Below are positions 11,860-23,959 of a stretch of 64,000 nucleotides of DNA, piece after piece. Position numbers and translations under genes: made by a program. Under the pieces are notes generated by a model. That model was not told the DNA's origin. It did not search any database and was given only the letters and a program-made list of their open reading frames with translations. The stretch lies in assembly GCA_030704615.1 (NCBI GenBank), contig CM060733.1, forward strand, positions 23,064,001 to 23,128,000. The letters are read 5' to 3'. Each line of letters begins with the position of its first letter. Position 1 is the stretch's first letter. Source of the stretch: Takakia lepidozioides (taxonomy: Eukaryota > Plantae > Bryophyta).

Positions 11860-13974
11860 GGTTTACTGTGAACTTTTCCCGCTTCCACAGGTGCACTTGG
11901 TGAGCTCCCGCCACTCCTTGTCACTCCCACTCCTCATACTCTCGCCTCCCCTTCCTGTACCCCAGCCTCTTTCCACTCTGACCCTTCACACTTATTTTGT
12001 ACTTTTTTTTTTGATGTGATAGAGTTGTTATCTGTAAGCTGTTGAAAAAAAGAGTCAGTATATATGATTTTTAGAGTTCATTTTTTATAACTGAGGTATT
12101 ATTAGATGGATGGTTGAATACATTGAAGTTCTTTCAACTTTTCGGAGTCTAATACCAGACCAGCCAAGTTTTGAGAGTGCTAGCAACACTCACCTGCAAT
12201 GTTGGGTACCTTGTTGGCCACCCGCTGCCCTGCCCACATTTGTGTGGCTGGTTTGCTTTGGGGTTGTTCGTCCTGTGTGCCAGCTCCATGGGGGGTTATT
12301 TTTCCCCCTCCTTTCTAAGGGCCTGAATAATTATTATAGCTCAAACAACACCATTGCATCATGCATATTCTCGATTGTCCTCTTTGGTGGTGGATACCTT
12401 ACTTGCCTTCGGTTTTCTGTATACTCAACTGAAGCACCTACAACACCCCTTGTACTAGTGTTAATTTTTTCAGCCATGTGATGTCTCCTGCAAGCAGAAT
12501 AGCCCCCATCCTTAAGGCCACCAACTTTACACTGCGTCGGGTAATCACCGGTAAAAAGCATCAAACAAGCCCTTATTCTGTACCCAAAAAATTGATCCCA
12601 AAAGTCAGTATACCATCAGAAGTACAAAAAGAAAAGTAAAACTCAAAAAAATATAAAATATCATTCTAATATTTTAAATGAGCCATCTTATTATTGGAAT
12701 GACCATTTCAATAGTTGAAATGGGCCATTTCAATAGTTGAATGGAATGTTTAACTAGTTAACTATCAAACTTAATTATTTCAACTTTAAAACAGATAGTG
12801 TATGGGAAGAGTATTACGAATTGTAGCCCCTGCTTCACACTGCGGAAGGTGTCGGGAAATCAACTTTGATGGGTATCCATACTCAACTTCAAATCCATCC
12901 ACAAAAGCTGCATCAAGTTCTTCAATGAATGGCTCCAAAAAAGGACTCAGCATATTAACTTTTATCTGTTTCACCAAGTTTTGTAGGGAATAAATAAAAC
13001 AGGGATAGGTCCCAAAGAAGATAGTTTTCCACCATTCATAACCACCACTTCGACTGTCCAACTACAGTTGTTTTTGCAGCTTGGAATCCATCCCAATGAG
13101 CCATCAATGCAATATTTCTTGGATCACCCTGTATTAGTTTTCTCTTCCCTGTCACCATTGTTGAACAATCAGGACAAGGAAATATATATTCATTTTTTGG
13201 GGAATCCCACCCATCGAGCATTTCTTTACACTTATAATTTGCAGGAAACGCTCGAAATGTTTTGTGACATGGCGAATTTGGGCAAACCAGTGGGAGTTCC
13301 CATTCAGTAGGAGGATTCCAAAAATCTTGCCACTCCCTCATTTTTGCTCCATCCCAAAATTCTTGGATAGTTTCTAGTTGTTCTTCTGATGTAATTCCCA
13401 ACCATTTGTCGCTGTTTCTCCACGTTGTAAGAAATTCATGGCAATGGGTTCTACTCCGACACAATGCTGCAATCTGGGCAGTGAAAGGTAAGTAATCAAA
13501 AAATAATGCATATTGTCTCCACCTTCCACAGATCACACATTTTTCACAGCAATTTTCACAATCTTTTTTTAAGAAGCTTTACTTGTCGTTCCGCTGGTAA
13601 AACACTTACACTTCAAGATATTTCGACCTTCATAAATATCTTCCTGAGATGGTTGCATGAGGTAAGGGATATGTGGTAAAGTTGATGTTCCAGTACATAA
13701 CTTCCACATGATTGGATTGACCATTCCCAATGAACTGTACATACCTGAAAGTTGTTTGAAAGAGGTTGGTACTTGTAAGCCGTCTAAATCTCCATTCCAG
13801 TCACCTGGTACTTGACAAAGTAATTCCCCCAATGACTTGAACCTGTAATCATCTGTCTGTATTTCACAAGTACTCGTATTTGTCAGTGACTCAAATAATC
13901 TCTTCAACATAAGATCTTGGAGTTCAATGGGAACTTTGTATAAATCCCAATCCGCTTGTATCTGAATAATACGG

Positions 13975-14013
<39 letters not shown>

Positions 14014-14698
14014 GTTTTAGAGTTAGTTTTGATTGAACAGAAACTTCATTTCTAAAATGAAGAGGCGGACTTCTTGTAAAATCCCTTCCATCATGCCCAC
14101 GAAGTAATCTTCCACAATCTATCACCCCATTGAAATCTCCCACATTCGTCATGTGATCACCACCATGAAACCCTAAATCTGTAAAGTCATAGTTCCGGTC
14201 AGAAATTGCATTATCCAACAGAAGAAGTGCTGGTACTCCCATAAATACTCTGTTGAGGGTATCAAGTGCCCTATGTTTATAGAATGTTGAACGACCAACA
14301 ATTTTTTTTCCATCACAAAACCTGCATAAACATAATAATCTATTTCCATCCATGTCTACATTTCTATGTTGTCTTTCCATAGAAGTATCAACATTACTTC
14401 CACCAGCTTCTCCTTGCCCTCCTGTTCGATTATCATCTTCATGTCTTCCCCTGTGTGGTTGATCCTTTCCAAAGTTGACACCTCTATTTCTAACAGATTG
14501 AATACTTTCAGAACTATCGACAATATTCAAGCGATGTTGATAATATGTAGCATCCCTAGCGTAGTATATCTTATTCTCCTGTGAAGCTTTTTTATGTCTA
14601 GAGTATGTACTTAGTGGTATATAATCAAACCCTCCTAGTTTATGGCTACACTTATATGTACAGTCACATCTCACTCTTTTTTTACCCCCACTCATCAT
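11860..14698 (-). mobile_element. CACTA/EnSpm-like (Tnp2/Transposase_21-type) transposase, intron-containing, disrupted
   Basis: Motifs QEFWDGAKMRE, GDPRNIALMAHWDGFQ, FLEPFIEEL..GFEV, LFTGDYPTQCKVGG..GYSACRRH, plus N-terminal CxC modules. No terminal CACTA repeat found. Confidence 0.75.
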
Positions 14699-16650
14699 TC
14701 TAACTCATCTACAAATATGATACAATGGAGTACTTGGGGATGATACATAAATAGTGACATATAAGTTCTTACAAACAAAACATATAACTAAAAGCAAAGT
14801 TTTCTAAGCTTGTGGAGAATAGAATAGAGGGTCTGGAATGAAAATTTTAGAAAACAGAATAATGGAAAATGGAACATAACAGAAAAGGGTAAACATGACA
14901 CCTCAAAAAATCTTACATCGATCTCAAAAAGAATGGAATGATGAAGGCCTACAACAATAGAGATGACAAACTATGATCACTGAGTGAAGCAGCTCCACGC
15001 TTCCGCCACTAAAGCTCGCGCCACTCGAGCACTTTGGGGAAGTTTCACGCACCAAAAATATCTCCAAGTTTCTACTTAGGTGACTACGTGGCTAAATAAC
15101 AAAATTTTATTGGTATGCAGACAACTTTAGATTTTCCACGAATGAGGGTTTGCCAAATCAACCTATCTTATCAACTTTGAAGTATAATATAAAAACTTTC
15201 CGGCTTATAGAATTATCTTTTATCATCTGAAAAATGTTCTCGTATATAAGTTTTTGTACTTCTTGGTTGTCCCGTTGAAGAGCCTTCATTCCCAAATATT
15301 CCCTACATCTCTATGGGAATATATAAGTCCCACTCTTCTATATATGTCTACATGGGAATACCTTGAAAATTCCCAGCGCTTCTAGCAGGGACTATAACAC
15401 AAGCTCTTTGTGTGCAACACCTTGTACTGAAGGATCTCTTGAAGGATTTGTGGGCATTGATATGCAATAAGCTTTCAATTCCAGGTGGTAGATGAGTTTC
15501 TGTTGTTTGTGTCTTCGGTATCCTGACATACCACAGGGTTAGGACTTGGAACGTTGTCATCACACCCACATCTTTAACTTCATGTTAGTCACAATAAAAT
15601 CTAGTTTTCTGATACAAAGGAAAGGAAAGCATATTTTATGACGTCCACAAAAAGCTCAAACAGTTTTTCGGACAAGAGAAAGAAAGAAACAAGAAAGAGA
15701 GATGGACCCTCCACAACCAACCCAAAAGCAACTTTTGCTCAAGGGAGAAGAGAAGAAAGGTATAAAGGAAAAACTCTAATGTCCACAGGAAGCTGAATGA
15801 CTTCACAGAACAGAGGAAAGCATGGTACAGGGAAAAAACTGGGGCCGTCAACAGGCAGCCCAAAAAGTACAATTCAACTTCAAGAGGTTCTCCAAGCTAA
15901 AGGGCCTCATTTAGATATGCCCAAAGAGAAAAATGAAATGAAATGATACTTTATAACGTTTGAGGAAAGCTCAAAGAGCTTATGGGACGAGAAAGCAAGA
16001 CAGTGGGGCCCTCCCGAAGCAGCCCAAAAACTACTAGAAAGAAAAGAACTTTAGTGGAGGGCTAGGAAACCACTAAGATTCATGGAGCAATTGACATGGT
16101 TAGCAATGAGACCAGGAGCCAAATTGCATGACAAGATCAATAACCTAAGCTAAGTTGAATGTTTGATCCCCACATCAATGAGGGAAGAGAACATAGAATT
16201 GTTGTTTGAACTCCTAAAATTTCCTCCCGAACTCAAGTGGTTTGTGGTTCTGGGAATCTCAGGGTGCGGGACTTCTAAATGGAGAGACAAAGGGACATGG
16301 TTCCAGGGACACTTGGATGCTGGGGTTGTGTCCAACCACTGATTCACCTTCATGTCTACCAGGAACCACCCACTCCTTTACTTCGCAACGTGTTCGAAAA
16401 ATCCTACAACTGGTTCCACAAACTTTTCACACGTCTGTGGTAAGTGAGTCATCTTGTGAACTCTGCCGCAAGGGCCTCCTTGCAGATCCATCATCCACAG
16501 AGCCATCCATTGGTCAGTTATGGTCGGTATGAGATTTTGTGGCCGTTTTGGAAACATTGTTGAATCATGTTGGAATTCAGGTCATTGAATACATTTATGC
16601 ATGAGAGTTAGGCCTATTAGCTTATTAATCTGAACGTTTTTTTTTCACAG

Positions 16651-17125
16651 GAGAAAATGGACGCAATCCCTGCAGTGCTCGAAGAAGCTACCAGCCTGAG
16701 CGCTTTTGTCAAGTGGGAAACCCTCTCAACCCAGGCAAAAAGGTCCCGCATCAAGTCAACAAAGGATGCTCAAGACTGCCTTATTTCACATCACCCATTT
16801 GTGCAGTTCTAGGGGGGATGACAGCAAAGAGGCAGAGAACAGCTTAGCAACTATAGACCATGAGCTGGATCGCAACATGGGTGCCAACAGTAGCCATGTG
16901 CTGGAGGAGTGGAGGCGACGTAAGACAAATGACGCTCACCAGCAATCAAACGTCCTTAGCTCACTTCGCTAGTCAATATTGTGACACGAGGAATGATTCT
17001 TGTGCATGCATAGATGGACAAGGCATCGATTCTCGGGGATGCGATCGAGTATGTCAGGGAGCTGCAACTGCGCATTCACTAGCTGGAAACTTGTAACAAG
17101 GAAATGCGAGCACCGGTTGAGTCCG
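16651..17125 (+). pseudogene. bHLH transcription factor pseudogene (subgroup III, TT8/GL3/MYC-like)
   Basis: QRMLKTALF..., SHVLEEWRRRK, then MDKASILGDAIEYVRELQLRIH*LE. In-frame stops and a damaged intron donor. Confidence 0.8.
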
Positions 17126-17402
17126 TAAGCCTCCTGTCGGACAGGACAGGCGTAACAATATACATAAAGCAAACAACACGGCATGCTTATAACTGGACCG
17201 TGAACATTTGAATATGTACAGGGGGCAAAGATGCCCTTTCGAAATACACAATTAAACTACTCTCTAGCTTGAGGAATGCATGTGATAAATTTGTGGCAGA
17301 ATGTCATGAGTTGTATTGATTCATACAGTGATGTCAAACCACAAAGCAAAACATTGATCTCATCTCGTTTTACCTGCATTTTGCTCTCTCTCTCTCTCTC
17401 TC

Positions 17403-17583
17403 TAAATTGGGCATGGGGTCTAGGTTGATACTCGTACGAAGGGGATATCTAGAAAGCCTTAACTAACTGTCTCTATCTTGGTAATTCCGACTACCGGAGT
17501 GTGCCTGTCTCCTTTTGTTCCGCCCAAACTAGGGGCGGGGTCTATGGCCATAAGGCTACAGCGAAGAATGTCTTGTGAGTACA
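17403..17583 (+). mobile_element. 5'-truncated LINE 3' end (same family as 40462-40969)
   Basis: Shared tail TTGTTCCGCCCAAACTAGGGGCGGGGTCT...GTCTTGTGAGTACA; flanked by (CT)n on the left and (CA)n(CT)n on the right. Confidence 0.65.
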
Positions 17584-17595
17584 TACACACACACA

Positions 17596-17630
<35 letters not shown>
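17584..17630. repeat. Compound (CA)n(CT)n microsatellite
   Basis: Directly visible dinucleotide runs. Confidence 0.95.
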
Positions 17631-17634
<4 letters not shown>

Positions 17635-17989
17635 GTGTTTTGCTTGCTCGGTTCTGTGACCTGTACAGGATGGGGGGTAGTTTTGCCCTTGCTTTCTCCG
17701 AAATCGTTGTTGAATACCTCCCAAGAAGCCCTTCCAGAGCTGCTACGCAACAATGAGGCCAGATGACTCTTATTTGAAACTGCATCAGCTCCAGCATGTG
17801 GTAGAACATGGTTGTTTCAATAGTAGGCTATTCTGAGCGAGATGAAAGCAAGACTGTTGTGATTTGTTTTAGCTTTTGTTTTAACTAATTGTACATCCAT
17901 CAGTCATGCTTCATCAAAATACAACAGAAACTTGGTGAAAGTTTGTCAAGTCTACATGGGACTTTGGAACATCCATCAAGATGACAAAT

Positions 17990-18600
17990 GATGAGTTGTC
18001 TATTGCTATTGGAGAGATTCTTGTCTTTAGTATACAGAGAAGCTCAATCGGTCTCCAAAGTTGTTTTTAGGATGAGACGTCCGCAAGAGGCATTACCGAC
18101 TTTTCTATGTCATCATCATATTGACCTAGCCGAGGAGGTCGATCCACTAGATGTATGCCTCTTTATAGGAGTTCTTTGCAGCGCCAGTTCTTGACGATTA
18201 TGAAATGCAGGTCGAGAGCCTGGTTTGAGGATTCTTATAATTTGATGATGAGCGATGGCTGCACATTTCATTGGTTGTGCAACACCATTGCACCGGTTGT
18301 ATAGATGTAGGATACCAAGTACTGGAAGAGCATATCTGTACCTATGAGAGTAGAGGCAATGAATACTGTGACCAGCCACAACGTGATCAAAATTTTCGAG
18401 GCAATTAGAACTGGTCGTTCAACCTTGTATGATCTTCTTCAACAAGTGATCCTACCACTCTCTCTCTCTCTCTGGTAGCCACCTACAATTGCACAGAGGT
18501 GAGACTCTCAAGACATCCATGCTCAAAAACCGGATGAGATCAAGGATTCCAAAACGTTCTCGGTGCGATTGATTGTACACAAATTAAAGTCAAGGCCCCC
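17990..18600 (+). mobile_element. PIF/Harbinger transposase remnant
   Basis: FRMRR..LC motif, ISVPMRVEA..GRSTLY helix-turn-helix-like stretch, and GFQNVLGAIDCTQIKVKAP (18544-18600), matching the Harbinger GAIDGTHI first-Asp motif. Confidence 0.75.
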
Positions 18601-19252
18601 ATAAACTACTGCATAACTGGCAGCTGCAGCCACCGCGTGCCTAGCAACTACATGCCCGGAAAAATGTATAAATATTTCTTTTCTAATTGAACAATAAGAT
18701 TTATTCTACTAGCCTGGAGACCAACAATAATATTGAGCACATGATGGTTTTCATTCTGATTTGCATTCGTTAAAAATGCCAAAGTTGTACTATCTACAAT
18801 CACACAATTCACCACAGATATAGGAACACACAAATATCACATGAGGAAGGTTGAATATTGTTGTAATATACAATCCAAAAATAACAAATAAAAAATAGAG
18901 ACAAATCACATCCATAGTATTGGCAAGGCCAAACATTGATAAGCTATGGCATTTTAATTCAAAGACTTTAATTTCGCTCAGAAAACCAATAGATCTCCAA
19001 GTCATGTCCTACCGAACCATGGGAGCAACAAATGGGCGTGATCGTTCAAAGAGCTCGTGGGTTCTCTCCTCCTTGCACTGCCTTTGTTCCAAAGTGGCCC
19101 AACTAGTGCCATGAAGCAACAAGACTTTGGTTGTTCAACACGCTCTAACTTGGTGGGAAGTCATGGACGTCATATCATCTATATATAAAAAACTCACGGT
19201 TATGATTCAACATGGTTCCTTCCGAAGTGAGTACCATCGATGCAACTTAGCT

Positions 19253-19639
19253 TCAGAAAAGTATGATCTTCAGACTATTATCCTCGTTCGTATATTGATA
19301 GCCACCAGAAAGTAATGCCCCATCGATGGACTGTGCGCAAGTGTCTGTTATGGTTCTCAAGTAGCCCCCTACGATGAGACAGTCTTGACAGTTAACGTCT
19401 CCACAAATTCCAGCTTCGCAACTGCCAGAAGTATACATGGTGGTGCAGCGGCTTCCGAATGCATTCCAGTTACAACAATCCAGTCCAGCACGATTTTCTA
19501 TGTAAGTAACCACTCCCGCACAATCTGTAGTTAGTCCACTACGTCCAGAAGTCTCACAGACAGGCTGTGTTTGGGCATGTGCTCCTGATACAACCACCAC
19601 CCGCACACAAACGTAGAGCGATATTTCAGCTGTGAACAT
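19253..19639 (-). CDS. Small cysteine-rich, probably secreted protein resembling fungal KP4/Ecp2(Hce2)-type proteins
   Basis: Intronless 128-aa ORF with a hydrophobic N-terminus ending AHA|Q and 10 Cys in a ~106-aa mature part (CETS..DC..CCNWNAFGSRCTTM..SC..ICG..C..C..TC..SGG). Confidence 0.7.
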   Translation of the reverse strand: MFTAEISLYVCVRVVVVSGAHAQTQPVCETSGRSGLTTDCAGVVTYIENRAGLDCCNWNAFGSRCTTMYTSGSCEAGICGDVNCQDCLIVGGYLRTITDTCAQSIDGALLSGGYQYTNEDNSLKIILF

Positions 19640-20377
19640 GTCCTCGATAGGAAAGTTGGTGGGATGGATTGAACAATTTTTCTCATGGCCGGAACAAGGA
19701 AATCATCCCAATTTGTGATGTGTAACACAAATTAATATTGAATTAAGCAGTTTAGGTGCTTACACGACAAACAGGCAAGTCATGACTCGTTTTAGTAAGC
19801 GACATATATCCAAATCAACATCCAGTACGAGATTGGTAGAAGACACATTGTGACAAATGATCTAATTTCATGCCAATCGCAATCAGAGGAGTCATAACGA
19901 GACTTGCTAAAGTAATAGAAATGAGGTAGAAATATGGACTACTATGTGTGGAGGGGATTCAGACCAATAGCCACAAGAAGCAATAGAAAGACGCCAAAAT
20001 TGATCAAAACAACTCGGGGTAGTGCCATGATCGTTTTTTCAAGAACTTCGAATAAATGCACCTGCAAGAAAATGTGGGCATGTTATCAGCTCGAATATTG
20101 TAGACCTACTGACATTCTATATATCAGCTATACATAAACAAGACCTCTTGACAACTAACAAACGCTGTAGGTAGTCACCATAAATACTCGCAAACCTCAA
20201 GTTATTGCCCACATACCGTCTCAACGCAAAGAGATGCAAGTTGGGGTTGTGAGAGTAGAAGACTTGGATATGAGGTCTCGTGTAATGTATATATATTAAC
20301 GTTTCTTGCCTCATACCCAGGCCACACATGACATATGCGTTGAGGCAACACAGTTCCCATAACGCGGGCCCCTGGCA

Positions 20378-22619
20378 CAACAGTGAAGCGAGACGTTTGT
20401 TTTGTTTTGATTGTTTTGTTTTGTAGCGTTGTTGAGATCTCCCAATCCGCAGGGCCCAGCCCCGGTGCTTGGTGTCGTTGGAAAGCCCTCGATGAGGAGG
20501 GGTGCACCGGCTTGGTCTCATGATTTTTGGACCCGCGGTGTGGGAGATATCAGATTTCAAGTACTTTCGGTCGCTGAAAATTCGCGAAAATTAGAAAGTG
20601 GGCTTTCATGGGACAATGATTGGAGCCTCGACCGGAGATATATCAATAATGATTGGATATATTACTACTCAATAAATTCATTAATAAAAATGGGCGTTGA
20701 TATGGAAACGTACTTGGATATATCGAAGATTGTACTTGGGCTTAGATGACACTAGACACTTGGGCCTCTACATTGGAGATGCAGTTAGATACATGAACAG
20801 AGGATTGCACTTGGGTTTAGATGGGCCTCGCCATAGGAGACGCATTTGGATACATAAGATATTGCACTTGGGCTTAGATTTCAATTCTTCACACATGGAC
20901 CTCAACATAGGAGACGCACTTGGATACATAGGAGATTGCACTTGGACTTAGATGACACTGGACACTTGGGCCAATGGCATAGGCTACCATAGTATCAATA
21001 ATGATTGGATATATTACTACTCAATAAAGGCATGGAAAAAATAAATGGGGCCTTGACATGGGAGACGTACTTAGATACATAGGAGAGTGCACACTGGGCT
21101 TCGATGGGCCTAGACATAGGAGACGCACATGGGAGGTGCCCTTGGATGCATAGAAGATTGCACTTGGGCTTAGATGGGCCTCGACATAGGAGACGCATTG
21201 GGATACATAGGAAATTGCACTTGGTCTTAGAGTTCAGTTCTTCAAACATAGGCCAATGGCAGAGGCTATCCTAAAGGTCGCACTTGGGCCTAGACATGGG
21301 AGACGTACTTGGATACATAGGAGATTTCAATTGGTCTTAGATTTCAATTCTTTACACATTGGCCAAAGGCACAAGCTACCCTAGGGGTCGCACTTAGGCC
21401 TCGACACATGAGACGCATTGGAATACATAGAAGACCTTACACTTGGGCTTAGATGAGAGTGGACACTTCGGCCAACGGCACAAGCTACCCTAGCCAAAAG
21501 TAGTTGAAATTCTATATCTTCCACACTGTAGGTCCAAAACTCATGATACCAAGCTGGTGCACCCCTCCTCATCGAGGGCTTTCCAACAACACCAAGCACC
21601 AGGGCTGGGCCCCGCGGCTTGGGAGATCTCAACGATGCTACAACAAAAAAAACCAAGCGACTCATCGCGTAATGGCTCCTCTTAGTTGATGAGATATGTT
21701 AATATCGAATAATATAATCCAGTAATTTAAAAACAATATATACAAGTTTATGGTCTGTCCAACATGCCCATTTTAACACTAGACTAGGGTAGCCTGTGCC
21801 GTTGGCCCTGCAAGTGTCCACTGTCATCTAAGCCCAAGTTTAAGATCTTCCATGTATTCCAGTGCGTCTCCTATGTCGAGGCCTAAGTGCGACCCCTAGG
21901 GTAGCATGTGTCTTTGGTTGATGTGTGAAGAATTGAAATCCAAGACCAAGTGCAATCTCCTGTGTATCCAAGTACATCTCCCATGTCCAAGCCAAAGTGT
22001 GACCTCTAGGGTAGCCTCTGCCGTTGGCCCATGTGCGAAGAATTGAAATCCAAGACCAAGTGCAATTTCCTATGTATCTCCGTGCGTCTCCTATGTCAAA
22101 GCCAATCTAATTAGCCCAAGTGCAATCTTCTATGTATCCAAGTGAATCTCCCATGTGGAGGCCCAAGTGTCCACTGTCTCGACTAAGCCTAAGTGCGATA
22201 TCATATGTATCCAATGGCATCTCTCATGTGCATCTCCTATGTCCAAGCCCATCTAAACCCAATGTGCAATCTCCTATGTATTTAAGTACGTCTCCCATGT
22301 CAAGGCCCCATTTTTTTTTTCATGAATTTAATATATCCAATCATTATTGATATATCTCATGTCGAGGCTCCAATCATTGTCCCAAGAAAGCCCACTTTGC
22401 TATCTTTTGCGAATTTCCAAAGACCAAAAGTACTTGAAATTCCATATCTCCAGGTCCAAAAATCATGAGACCAAGTCGTTGCACCCCTCCTCATCGAGGG
22501 CTTTCCAACCGTACCAAGCACCAGGGCTGGGGCTCCGCGGTTTGGGACATCTCTACGCTAGAAAACAAAACAAAACAAACAAACAAACAAACAAACTACC
22601 TTGCTTCATATATTGATAA
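20378..22619. repeat. Unclassified foldback repeat with long inverted arms and internal ~45-bp degenerate subrepeats
   Basis: 20440-20700 is the reverse complement of about 22296-22560. Repeated GGAGACGCACTTGGATACATAGGAGATTGCACTTGGGCTTAGAT units switch orientation near 21700. Further fragments at 27283-27760, 28515-28620 and 29297-29360. Confidence 0.8.
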
Positions 22620-23206
22620 ATAATGTCCGTGAGGCACATTTGTCCAAACATGACTAATTGAGAGCCATAAATTGTACTACTTATAATTTTGAAAATCCAA
22701 TAAGTACATGGATGTATACACGTTGAGTCGTAAAACCACCCTATCTGTAGTCATTTCTAGCCATTGGTAGACCTTAAATAAACCACCGGATTCTATCCAT
22801 CCATTCAAGGACCTCTGTAGTCACTTTTATACGCAAAAATAGGGGTCCGTTCAAAGTCGCGCTCACATTTAGGTGTTTCTACTTTATGCTCCTGCAACAG
22901 CCACACCCACTAGTGAGTTGCTTTTCAACCCAGTGACAATAGTAGAACTATCTAGAAAGTCAACTAATGAACTAGGGAAGATGGCTATACCAATTGGCTA
23001 TACCTACTTTGGCCCGCGAGTAGCGGGTTTAACGAGTTATGGACCTAGCTGGCGGGTCTGGTTCCGGTTCCGGGTTCATTTTTAAAATGAACCCGGGTCA
23101 GGGTCCGAGTTTTTGGTGATGGCACGGGTCCGGATCCGGATAGGTAACCCAGACCCTAACCCGCCGGGGAATCCGGACCCGCACAACACTGTCGTCGATG
23201 TCGTCA

Positions 23207-23410
23207 ATGATCATGAAGAAATTGAGTGCGTTGACGCATTCAATTCTCCGCGGGAGGGGGGCGTGGGGGGGGGGGGGGGGGGGGGGGTAAAATAAAAAAA
23301 AACAAGTTTTCTTTTTTCTTTTTCTTTTTGTTTTTTTTTGTTTTTTTTTTCCCCCCCTCCACCCCGCGGAGAACTGAGTGCGTCAACGCACTCAATTTCT
23401 TCATGATCAT
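23207..23410. repeat. Near-perfect hairpin
   Basis: 48-bp arms (23207-23254, 23363-23410) with 2 mismatches; the loop consists of G, A, T and C homopolymer runs. Confidence 0.9.
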
Positions 23411-23514
23411 GATTTCATGATGATCATCGATGACATCTACCCAAATGACAGAGAAAATAAATAAATTCCTTAATTATTTTTAAATTGTTTTTAATTCTCA
23501 TGTGCTTGACACTC

Positions 23515-23831
23515 GCTTAATTCCCAACCCTGTTTCCTTGCACGAACATGGCAATTCGTTAAGGGTTAGGGTTAGGGTTTGGGGTTATGATTTGCAGTGT
23601 TTCCCCGGTTTGCCGTGTTTCCGCGGTAATGACGTCAGCTTAATTCCTAGCCTGTTTCCCTGCACGAACATGGCAGTTTGTTGAGGGTTAGGGTTAGGGA
23701 TTAGGGGTTGCCGTGTTTGCCTTATTTCCGCGGTAATGACGCCAGCTGAACTCCCGGCCTATTTCCCTACACGAACATGGCAGTTCGCTAAGGGTTAGGG
23801 TTTGCCGTGTTTGCCGTATTTCCACGGTAAT
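23515..23831 (+). repeat. About three tandem ~90-120-bp units containing TTAGGG motifs
   Basis: Unit CCTGTTTCCCTGCACGAACATGGCAGTT..AGGGTTAGGGTT..GCCGTGTTTCCGCGGTAATG; a partial inverted copy lies at 27232-27282. Confidence 0.85.
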
Positions 23832-23959
23832 GGGTGTTCATCTACGGAAATACACCCTGCATCTTCCCCCATTCTCGTGTCAGGTGGACTGGGCTCACGT
23901 TAGGCTCTTGGGCTCACAGGCTCCTAGGCTTACGTGGCTAGGCTCATTCTCTAGCATTC

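Noticed and set aside
13975-14009. Long poly-A run as a retroposon tail
   Set aside because: No associated body or TSD; it reads as a poly-T tract in a probable transposase intron.
17459-17809. ORFs with ERERER or LSLSLS runs
   Set aside because: Translation artefacts of the microsatellite.
20700-22300. CRISPR-like repeat array
   Set aside because: Eukaryotic context, degenerate units without unique spacers, and no cas genes.
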